Shown here piece by piece: positions 52,524 through 61,175 of a DNA stretch of 61,175 nucleotides. How positions within the stretch are numbered: the stretch's first letter is position 1; every line of letters begins with the position of its first letter. Location: NCBI GenBank assembly GCA_944342125.1, contig CALVMF010000001.1, positions 1 through 61,175 on the forward strand. Direction: 5' to 3'. Source of the DNA: an uncultured Bacilli bacterium. GTDB taxonomy: Bacteria > Bacillota_I > Bacilli_A > RFN20 > CAG-826. Made by a program: the position numbers and the translations under genes. The notes below the pieces were generated by a model. The model was not told the DNA's origin, searched no databases, and saw only the letters and a program-made list of their open reading frames with translations.

Positions 52524-54979
52524 TGGTTGATCTTCAAAAAGGTTTAACATCAGAAGAAGTTGAAGAGCTTGTTAAAGCTGGAAAGACAAATAAAAGGAAA
52601 CAAGTTAAAGGCAAATCACATTTAAGAATAATTTTTGAAAGCTTTTTTACCTTTTTTAATATTGTTCTTTATTTAGTTGGAGTTGTTTTTTTAACTTTTA
52701 TTAATTTTTATCCAAATGGAGCCTCTTATATACCGATTACCAAGTTTGGCTTTATGGTGGTCATATTTTTTAATGCACTTGCTAGCATCATCTCTCAAGA
52801 AGCTTCAAAACATACACTTGAAAAGATGAGGTTAATAACTGACCCTTATGTAACGGTTATAAGAGATGGAAAAGAAGAAAAAATAAACTCTGATAAGATC
52901 GTTCAAGGGGATATCTTAATTTTAAAAAGTGGGAATCAAGTTCCTTGCGACCTTAAACTTCTTAAAGGTGAATTATCTGTTAATGAAAGTAATTTAACAG
53001 GTGAAAGTGATTTGATTGTTAAGCGAATTGGAGACACTTTGCTTTCTGGGTCGTTTGTAAGTAGTGGAGAAGCTACTTTAATTGCTGAAAAAGTTGGCGC
53101 AGAAACATATGTTGCTAAACTTGAAGGCAAAATATCTCAAATACATAAGAAAAAATCCGAACTTTTAATAAATATTCATAAAATAATTAAGATTTTAATT
53201 ATTTGTTTAATTCCTGTTGTCGGACTCGTATCTCTTAAAATGTTTTATGTTGGCGAATCATTAACGGGTGGAAGTCATTGGGTTGGTACGCCTGAAATTT
53301 TGACTAAAGCTTCAGCAAGTTTAGTAGGTATGATACCTATTGGAATGATTTTGCTCTCTTCAATTACTCTATCAACATCTATCGTAAAACTTTATAAGCA
53401 CCAAACAATGGTTCAAGAACTTTACGCAATAGAAAATTTAAGTAGAGTTGATACGCTTTGTTTGGACAAGACTGGAACATTAACAACCCAGCATTTTTTA
53501 TTCAAAAACCTCGTAAAACTCAATGATTTTGATGAAAATAAACTCTTATCATCTTTTATGAGTGCGATGAAAGAGAGTAATGAAACGGGTAAAGCAATAA
53601 TAGAAAAATATGGCTCTAAAGAGATTTTAAAAGTTAAAGATTATAAACTTTTTTCTTCTGAAACAAAGTATAGCGAAGTTACTTTCATAGATGGGACAAC
53701 TTATCGCTTAGGAGCACCGGAATTCTTGATAAATAAGAAATCTAATCTAGAATTATCAGAAAAATATCAAAAAGATGGGTATAGAGTCTTGGCTTTTGTT
53801 TCTAGTGAACAAGATTTAGGTCTTATTTTACTTGAAGATGAACTTCGTAAAGGAATTAAAGACACAATCAATTATTTTTCTAATCTTAACATTGATATAA
53901 AGATAATTAGTGGAGATAGCCCTTTGACTGTTAAAGAAATCGCTAGAAAATGCGATATAAAAGGCTATGAAAAATATATCTCTATGGAAAATATAAAATT
54001 AGAAGAGATTGATGAAATATGCGAAAAATATACAATCTTTGCTCGTTCTACTCCTGAGCAAAAAAATGCCATAATCAAGGCACTACAAAATAAAAATCAT
54101 AAAGTTGGATATGTAGGAGATGGAGTAAATGATACGACTAGTTTAAGACAAGCGGATTGTTCAATTGCTCTTAATAGTGGTGCTGATTCTGCAAAAGCGG
54201 TAAGCGATGTAGTTTTACTAGATAATGATTTTTCTCATTTACCACTTGTATTTGAAGAAGGAAGAAGAGTTGTTTCAAATATTATGCGCTCGGTTCTTTT
54301 GTTTTTAACAAAGTCATTTTTTATAGGTTTCTTTTCTTTTGCGAGTATTTTTATGGAAACTGGCTTGCCTATCGAAATCGAGTCAATATATATTTACGAG
54401 TTCATCTCGATTGCTCTATGTGGCTTCTTACTTTCGATTCAAAAAACATCACCAGAACCAATCAAAGGCAGTTTTATCAACAATGTTTTAAAAAAATCGG
54501 TTGTATTTGGACTTCTTTTGACAATATCGGGAATAATTCCTTCAATAATTAACTTTTGCGTACCTCAAGGAATTGAACATTGGCAAAGCTTGATTGTTAT
54601 AAACATTACATTCAGTGGTCTTTTTGTTCTTGTTTATATTTGTAAGCCGTTTTCTAAATACACATTATTTGTATCTTTAACAGGAATTCTTTTATCGCTT
54701 TTTGCGATGATGGTTTTTCCTGATGTCTTCTTATTGCCTGGATATTTAAAAGGTGCGGAAGGATTAAAAGGGCAAATAGATTTAATTATGGATGATTTTT
54801 TAAACTTTGAATTATTTTCAAGTTTCCATTATTACGAATGGATTATTGTTGCTTTGTGGCTAGTTATTGCGCCTTTTGTCTTTAAAGGTCTTTTAAAACT
54901 TGCGGGTTATATTGAAAAAAACTGGGATAAAATAGTAGTAAGTTTTAAAAGGATAATACCACAAAAATATAGAAAATAA
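52523..54979 (+). CDS. P-type cation-transporting ATPase with atypical TM4 motif
   Basis: TGES, DKTGTLT, GDGVNDT motifs. TM4 reads MIPIGM instead of PEGL/CPC. ATG 52523 overlaps the GH32 TGA (TGATG); TTG 52520 is an alternative start. Confidence 0.88.
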   Translation: MVDLQKGLTSEEVEELVKAGKTNKRKQVKGKSHLRIIFESFFTFFNIVLYLVGVVFLTFINFYPNGASYIPITKFGFMVVIFFNALASIISQEASKHTLEKMRLITDPYVTVIRDGKEEKINSDKIVQGDILILKSGNQVPCDLKLLKGELSVNESNLTGESDLIVKRIGDTLLSGSFVSSGEATLIAEKVGAETYVAKLEGKISQIHKKKSELLINIHKIIKILIICLIPVVGLVSLKMFYVGESLTGGSHWVGTPEILTKASASLVGMIPIGMILLSSITLSTSIVKLYKHQTMVQELYAIENLSRVDTLCLDKTGTLTTQHFLFKNLVKLNDFDENKLLSSFMSAMKESNETGKAIIEKYGSKEILKVKDYKLFSSETKYSEVTFIDGTTYRLGAPEFLINKKSNLELSEKYQKDGYRVLAFVSSEQDLGLILLEDELRKGIKDTINYFSNLNIDIKIISGDSPLTVKEIARKCDIKGYEKYISMENIKLEEIDEICEKYTIFARSTPEQKNAIIKALQNKNHKVGYVGDGVNDTTSLRQADCSIALNSGADSAKAVSDVVLLDNDFSHLPLVFEEGRRVVSNIMRSVLLFLTKSFFIGFFSFASIFMETGLPIEIESIYIYEFISIALCGFLLSIQKTSPEPIKGSFINNVLKKSVVFGLLLTISGIIPSIINFCVPQGIEHWQSLIVINITFSGLFVLVYICKPFSKYTLFVSLTGILLSLFAMMVFPDVFLLPGYLKGAEGLKGQIDLIMDDFLNFELFSSFHYYEWIIVALWLVIAPFVFKGLLKLAGYIEKNWDKIVVSFKRIIPQKYRK

Positions 54980-55014
54980 TGTAACCACTTTCATAAAATT
55001 TTAGCTTGTTTTCA

Positions 55015-55093
55015 GAAAGTGCGATAACCATCGAATAAATTTTATTTTCATAATTAATGAAAGCGTTTTCATTCGATGGTTATCGCATTTTTT
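55015..55093 (+). terminator. long hairpin (17-bp perfect stem, 34-nt structured loop) plus T-run after the ATPase gene
   Basis: TGCGATAACCATCGAAT (55020-55036) pairs with ATTCGATGGTTATCGCA (55071-55087). It is flanked by AAAG upstream and TTTTTT downstream. Confidence 0.7.
55057..55071. promoter_or_regulatory. cre-like (CcpA-type) site ATGAAAGCGTTTTCA
   Basis: Matches every constrained position of the WTGNAANCGNWNNCW consensus. It lies inside the hairpin loop. Confidence 0.35.
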
Positions 55094-55152
55094 GATACTT
55101 TACTAAAATTATTTTCATACTAATATATAGGTGTTCAGGAGGAACAAACGAT

Positions 55153-55284
55153 ATGAAAAACAGTGAAAAAGAAAGATTATTAAAAGAATTAGAAGAACTC
55201 GAAGAAAAAAATGAAAAAGAACAAGAAGAAAACGAAGAAGAAAGAGATTATTTCTTTCCAGATTTTAGAAAATTTCTTCATTAA
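55153..55284 (+). CDS. unannotated small acidic protein (43 aa)
   Basis: AGGAGGA SD lies 9 nt upstream of the ATG. Peptide is MKNSEKERLLKELEELEEKNEKEQEENEEERDYFFPDFRKFLH. It has its own terminator at 55322-55355. Confidence 0.55.
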   Translation: MKNSEKERLLKELEELEEKNEKEQEENEEERDYFFPDFRKFLH

Positions 55285-55321
55285 TTAATGCTTATAGTTT
55301 TATCCTTCTATATAGAAAACT

Positions 55322-55355
55322 GCCTAGATTGAAATACAAAAATCTAGGCTTTTTT
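55322..55355 (+). terminator. rho-independent terminator of the small acidic ORF
   Basis: GCCTAGATT-gaaatacaaa-AATCTAGGC followed by TTTTTT. Confidence 0.8.
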
Positions 55356-55652
55356 ATTTTTCAGATAAGCTTAGTTAAAAAAGATTTTGTTAGTCGTATT
55401 ACAATTATAATTTTGCTTTAAGTGACTTTTAACACGTAATTGGCAACGAACAAAAAATTCTCTAAATCCAATAAAATGTTAGTTTTTGTGTTCTTAAATA
55501 AAATATGGTTTATATTATTTTGAATAATTAACATCCCATATCTACTTTATTGATTATGAAGAATTATTCTGTGTTTTCAAAATGAGTGATAAAATAAGTA
55601 TATACAAAAGTCGTCATTATTAAAATTTGATTAGGTTGTGAAAGGAAATAAA

Positions 55653-55823
55653 ATGATTAAATCCATCTTACTTTTTATTATATTTTTGATTATTGCTCTT
55701 TGTAGTTTTGTTTATAGCAATGATCATCCTGGAATGGGTTTTTTAATACTTATTATAGAAATTGCTATTTATGGGAGCGTAATTATATATGAAATTAATA
55801 AAAATAAAGGAGATAAAAAATAA
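55653..55823 (+). CDS. small two-TM membrane protein (56 aa)
   Basis: MIKSILLFIIFLIIALCSF...GFLILIIEIAIYGSVIIY. AAAGGA precedes ATG 55653. The track starts at GTG 55638. Confidence 0.45.
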   Translation: MIKSILLFIIFLIIALCSFVYSNDHPGMGFLILIIEIAIYGSVIIYEINKNKGDKK

Positions 55824-56050
55824 CGAACTTAGGTAAACAGAATTATTTAAAAATTCATTGTTTGAAATCTCAGTTAGACACATTTTATGCTTATTCACTT
55901 CTTGAAATGAGCAAAAGTAATTCATTAATTGTTCGTTTCACTTCTAATAAATACGGAAAAAGAAACACTAAAAATAAAATTAGGATGAAATCCTTTTTAC
56001 ACACAAATTTTTAAAAGAATGGTAATATTAAATAAACGAAAGGGGATTTT

Positions 56051-56533
56051 ATGAAAAAGATAATTAAATACTTTGCACTTAGTGCAGCCGTCCTTATGAG
56101 CGCCAGCGCTTGCGCGCCTAGTGCCGACCAAATGGTCGAAAACTTAAAAAATGATGGGTTTGTCGTTGAAGAAGCGCCAGAATCAGTAATTAAGCCAACT
56201 GAAACCGCTTTAACTTTAGCTTTAAAGGTGCTTGGAGAAGATGACCCAAATGTAACTATCTTAAGATGGGTTTCAGCAATGAAAGCGCCCGAAGTTTCAG
56301 TTAATGAAAAGATTTTTAAAGCAGGAGATGTTTCAATTTCCGCCGATTCAGGTCACGTTGCTTCAATTGTTGAATTTGAAAATGGCGATATGGCTCAAAA
56401 GGTTTGGGATAATGCTTTAGATGCTCTTGGAAGCGAAGAAGAGACCGAAGCAAATAAAGAACTTTCAAAAGTTTCTGGTAGTTGCATTGTTTCTTGGAGC
56501 GATGACTATACCAAAGGAATCCTTGGTGTTTAA
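56051..56533 (+). CDS. probable secreted lipoprotein
   Basis: Signal peptide MKKIIKYFALSAAVLMSASAC with Cys21 in a lipobox-like context. GGGGA SD. No family recognised. Confidence 0.6.
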   Translation: MKKIIKYFALSAAVLMSASACAPSADQMVENLKNDGFVVEEAPESVIKPTETALTLALKVLGEDDPNVTILRWVSAMKAPEVSVNEKIFKAGDVSISADSGHVASIVEFENGDMAQKVWDNALDALGSEEETEANKELSKVSGSCIVSWSDDYTKGILGV

Positions 56534-56608
56534 TTAAAATTTAGTTGAACTTTTGCATTAATATTTATTTTTATTTATCAATTTTACAGGCTGTAATATA
56601 ATTTTGAC

Positions 56609-57325
56609 ATGGCTGTAAAAGATATTGAATTACCAAATTATAGATTATCACACGAACTATGGAACTCGATTAGCCATGGTTTAACTGGGCTATTTGGAAT
56701 AATCGCCTTAATTTTAATGATGTGTAAAATTGGTGGAGTTTATACACCAAATGGACTTCATGTTCCACTTAATGATCCTTATTCTTATGTAAGTTGTGCA
56801 ATTTATGGTTTTGCAATTATCGTTTGCATGACTATATCTTGTATATATCACGCTTTAGCTAAAAATAATGGCAAAAGAGTCTTAAGAGTTTTAGATCACG
56901 ACTTTGTGTTCTTCCTAGTTGCTGGGACATATACCCCATTTTGTCTTATTTCAATGCGTGAATTACCTTTATGGGGAATTGAAGGAACTAACTGGAGTGG
57001 ATGGCTGATATTTGCTCTTGTCTGGGCACTTATTGCTTTAGGAATCACAATGAATTCAGTGAACATCAAAAAGTTTGGTGTTCTTTCAATGACAATTTAT
57101 ATTTGTGCTGGTTGGTTGATTATTTTTAACTGCGTCGAACTTTTTAATCAAATCGGGCTAGAAGGTTTCCTTTTATTATTATTTGGTGGAATTTCTTTTT
57201 CAATTGGTGCGGTTTTATATGGTATTGGCTCTAAACATAGCGTTTGGTGGCATACGGTTTTTCATTTTTTTGTTTCGGCTGGTATCGTACTTCAATTTTT
57301 AAGCGTTTATCTTTTTGTGCTTTAA
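56609..57325 (+). CDS. hemolysin III / PAQR family membrane protein
   Basis: 7 TM. E.WNSISHG N-terminus, conserved HxxxH-type histidines (WWHTVFHFF). Confidence 0.85.
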   Translation: MAVKDIELPNYRLSHELWNSISHGLTGLFGIIALILMMCKIGGVYTPNGLHVPLNDPYSYVSCAIYGFAIIVCMTISCIYHALAKNNGKRVLRVLDHDFVFFLVAGTYTPFCLISMRELPLWGIEGTNWSGWLIFALVWALIALGITMNSVNIKKFGVLSMTIYICAGWLIIFNCVELFNQIGLEGFLLLLFGGISFSIGAVLYGIGSKHSVWWHTVFHFFVSAGIVLQFLSVYLFVL

Positions 57326-57341
57326 TATTTGAAGAGGTTAA

Positions 57342-58160
57342 TTGAAAATAGTGGAAAAATTAATTTCAAATTATCATACACATACTTATAGATGCGGACA
57401 CGCTTTACCTAATCCTGACATTGATTATGTGAATAAAGCAATCGAGCTAGGTTATAAAAATCTAGGGTTTTCTGATCATGCACCTTTAAAAGGGATTCAT
57501 CATCCATCAATGAGAATGGATTTTGAAAAAGATTTTCCAGGCTACATTTCTTCAATTAGATCACTTGAAGAAGCATTCAAAGGTAAAATCAATATTAAAC
57601 TTGGTTTAGAGATTGAATATTATTCTGAGCGAGATGATTACTATAAAGAGTTATTAAATGATTATCATCTTGATTATTTAATTTTAGGTCAACATTTACG
57701 ATACGATTCAAATGGTGATATGGATTTATATTGGCGTCATATAGATGATTTTGAAGGAATAAGAAGATATGTTGATGATTTGATTTTAGGCATCAATAGT
57801 GGCTATTTTACTTATGTTTGTCATCCTGACCTCTTTTTAAATCATGTTAAATCATTAGCTCCAGAAGTTTTAAAAATGTTTGAAGATATTTGTTTAGCTG
57901 CCAAAAAGATGAACTTACCTCTAGAAATAAATATCAATGGCGACACTAACAATAAATATTGGGCATTAAAGCATTGCTGTTATCATTATCCTTCTGTTGA
58001 ATTTTTTAAGGTCGCAAAAAAGATTGGGAATAAATTTATTTTTGGTGTTGATGCTCACGCACCATGGGATTTTGATAAGATTAATTATCCTTATTTTGAT
58101 GAATTCTTGAAAGAAACGGGAATTACTTCAAGCGATATTTTAACTGAACTTTCTTTTTAA
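57342..58160 (+). CDS. PHP-family histidinol-phosphatase-like hydrolase
   Basis: YHTHTYRCGHA, GFSDH, VCHPD, GVDAH metal-binding motifs. TTG start per the ORF track. Confidence 0.8.
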   Translation: MKIVEKLISNYHTHTYRCGHALPNPDIDYVNKAIELGYKNLGFSDHAPLKGIHHPSMRMDFEKDFPGYISSIRSLEEAFKGKINIKLGLEIEYYSERDDYYKELLNDYHLDYLILGQHLRYDSNGDMDLYWRHIDDFEGIRRYVDDLILGINSGYFTYVCHPDLFLNHVKSLAPEVLKMFEDICLAAKKMNLPLEININGDTNNKYWALKHCCYHYPSVEFFKVAKKIGNKFIFGVDAHAPWDFDKINYPYFDEFLKETGITSSDILTELSF

Positions 58161-58195
58161 AGAAGTAGTTTTTAAACAGAAAATAACTATTTTAT

Positions 58196-58224
58196 TTGGC
58201 TCTTAATTAGGAGCCAATTTTTTT
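58196..58224 (+). terminator. rho-independent terminator after the PHP gene
   Basis: TTGGCTC-ttaattag-GAGCCAA followed by TTTTTTT. Confidence 0.8.
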
Positions 58225-58249
58225 AGCACTCGCCACTTGCAATTGCTAA
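58223..58249 (+). promoter_or_regulatory. CIRCE element (HrcA operator) of groESL
   Basis: TTAGCACTC-N9-AATTGCTAA compared with consensus TTAGCACTC-N9-GAGTGCTAA. Left arm 9/9, right arm 7/9. Confidence 0.8.
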
Positions 58250-58287
58250 AATTAGGATTACAATATATACAAACGGAGGTTAATTTT

Positions 58288-58554
58288 ATGATTAAACCAT
58301 TAAAAAATTATTGTGTTTTAAAAAAAGAAAAAGTAGCTGAGGAGAAAAAAATCGGCTCAATTATTTTGACGACAACTAAAAAAGATGATGCCAATGTTGC
58401 TATTATAATTGCTCTTGGCGAAGATGTTAAAAATGAACTTTTAAAGGTCGGAAGCAAAGTCGTTTATAAAGAATATTCAACAACTTCTTATAAAGAAGGC
58501 GATGATGAATATTTATTAATAAAAGATGAAGATATTCTTGCTGTAATTGAATAA
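58288..58554 (+). CDS. groES: co-chaperonin GroES
   Basis: MIKPLKNYCVLK..., 88 aa. GGAGG SD. The track ORF's upstream extension covers the CIRCE element and was rejected. Confidence 0.93.
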   Translation: MIKPLKNYCVLKKEKVAEEKKIGSIILTTTKKDDANVAIIIALGEDVKNELLKVGSKVVYKEYSTTSYKEGDDEYLLIKDEDILAVIE

Positions 58555-58579
58555 ATTTAAAAGAAAGAAGGTAAACTAA

Positions 58580-60196
<1,617 letters not shown>

Positions 60197-60217
60197 TTCA
60201 GAGCAAAAAATATAAAA

Positions 60218-60246
60218 AAAGGGCACAGAAAAATGTGTCCTTTTTT
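60218..60246 (+). terminator. rho-independent terminator of groESL
   Basis: AAAGGGCACA-gaaaaa-TGTGTCCTTT followed by TTT. Confidence 0.85.
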
Positions 60247-60249
60247 ATA

Positions 60250-60304
60250 AGTAGATAATTAGTAATTAACAAGTACATTTCAAGTAGTTATCCAGTAGTT
60301 TTTA
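60250..60304 (+). repeat. five direct AGTA(G) repeats at exact 11-bp phasing
   Basis: AGTA starts at 60250, 60261, 60272, 60283 and 60294. The units are AGTAGATAATT, AGTAATTAACA, AGTACATTTCA, AGTAGTTATCC, AGTAGTTTTTA. Confidence 0.8.
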
Positions 60305-60393
60305 ATATTATTGAAAGCCAGAAATTTTCGATATAATTATTACAAAGCTACCTTAATTTATGGAAATTATCGACCTGCTTTGGAGGTTCTTTG

Positions 60394-61175
60394 ATGAAAG
60401 CGTTAAATAATGTTGGTCAATTTGAACTATATAGTAAAAAACCTTGCACCATTAGAAGAGGTTATCTTTATACAACTTTCTTTGAATTTAATGTTGATAA
60501 TAATGCAAAAAGAAGAATGGTAAGAGTTTATTTGCCAAGTAATTATGATTTTGATAATCCTGAGAAACGATTTGCTGTTCTTTATATGATGGATGGCAAA
60601 AACCTCTTTGATGACTATACATCTTATGCAGGTGAGTGGCACGTAGATGAAACAATTGAAAAAAGAGTTAGACAAAATAAAGAAAGCTTTATTGTCGTTG
60701 GTATAGATTCAGCTCCTAGAGACATCGATAGAACCCTTGAAATGACACCACAAAGCGATCATTTGTCTTATCACGATAAAAGTGAAGTCAATGGATACGC
60801 TGAAAAATTAGCGTGTTCAATTGTTTATGAATTAAAGCCACTAATTGATTCTACTTTCTTTACTTTAGATGATGATATAAACACAGGAATAGGCGGATCA
60901 TCGATGGGAGGTCTCATGGCTTTTTATATGGGCATGAGATTTAAAAATATTTTCGGATTTTCTCTTTGTTTTTCACCAGCTTTTCTTGTGTATCAAAATT
61001 CATATTTTAAAAAGACATTAAAAAAACACCATTTCAATCCAGAGGAATTTGGAATGTTTTATCTTTATTGCGGTGGGCAAGAGTTTGAAAGAAGGTTTGA
61101 AGATTTGACTTTTTATACTTATAAATATCTCCGAAAAGAAGGATTTGAAAGAAACCAACTTAAACTTTTGTATGA
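60394..61175 (+). CDS. alpha/beta-hydrolase 'putative esterase' family protein, partial (open at window end)
   Basis: GGAGG SD then ATG 60394. Sequence MKALNNVGQFELYSK...VYLPSNYDFDNPEKRFAVLYMMDGKNLF...GGSSMGGLMAF (GxSxG nucleophile elbow). No stop before the window end, so it is absent from the ORF track. Confidence 0.75.
   Translation, partial: MKALNNVGQFELYSKKPCTIRRGYLYTTFFEFNVDNNAKRRMVRVYLPSNYDFDNPEKRFAVLYMMDGKNLFDDYTSYAGEWHVDETIEKRVRQNKESFIVVGIDSAPRDIDRTLEMTPQSDHLSYHDKSEVNGYAEKLACSIVYELKPLIDSTFFTLDDDINTGIGGSSMGGLMAFYMGMRFKNIFGFSLCFSPAFLVYQNSYFKKTLKKHHFNPEEFGMFYLYCGGQEFERRFEDLTFYTYKYLRKEGFERNQLKLLY

Noticed and set aside
55638-55655. GTGAAAGGA upstream of the small membrane ORF as a third copy of the comFA/mntP cassette.
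   Set aside because: Only 9 nt are shared (the SD region), and none of the 30 nt upstream of the core matches.
55743-55925. 60-aa minus-strand ORF.
   Set aside because: It overlaps the plus-strand two-TM small ORF, has no RBS, and gives a low-complexity AT-rich translation.
60427-60675. 82-aa minus-strand ORF.
   Set aside because: It is antisense to the plus-strand esterase-family ORF, which has a GGAGG RBS and a GxSxG motif. The plus-strand ORF is open at the window end and is therefore missing from the track.

Overview
AT-rich, tightly packed chromosomal segment from a low-GC Bacillota/Mycoplasmatota-like bacterium. It uses the standard genetic code: RF2 is present with its programmed +1 frameshift, and TGA ends uvrB and the GH32 gene. 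The content is mostly housekeeping.

Gene content, in order:
- Minus-strand block: rsmI-yaaT-holB-tmk-recR-ybaB-dnaX.
- Plus-strand run: prfA-prmC-tsaC-rpiB, comFA-comFC, secA-prfB-yitT-uvrB, secG, then folD with a divergent ThyX-like gene and a 2-hydroxyacid dehydrogenase.
- Two aminopeptidases and eno.
- A regulator-less glycan-utilisation cluster: GPH symporter, GH13, GH36, GH2.
- degV, a macro-domain protein, Fe-ADH plus NfnAB, and tRNA-Ser(CGA).
- A degenerate GGDEF/EAL-like membrane protein, proS and mntP.
- Two tandem DUF3137-like genes.
- A DtxR/MntR-like regulator with GH32 and an atypical P-type ATPase.
- hlyIII, a PHP phosphatase, CIRCE-groES-groEL, and a partial esterase.

I found no CRISPR array, transposase, integrase, phage module or recognisable defence island, and no compelling multi-gene novel system.

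The most unusual signals are small-scale:
1. A 42-nt perfect inverted repeat (about 70 nt with indels) that looks like a promoter/RBS cassette. One copy sits in front of comFA. The other, 40 kb away, drives a small ORF antisense to mntP.
2. Five AGTA(G) direct repeats at exactly 11-bp phasing upstream of the esterase gene.
3. A ThyX-fold protein with a destroyed RHR/SxRY signature, embedded next to folD.
4. An unannotated 43-aa acidic ORF behind a 17-bp-stem hairpin that carries a perfect cre-consensus match.
5. Related AT-rich perfect palindromes over the secA and secG promoters.

All protein family calls come from motif recognition by eye, not from database searches.
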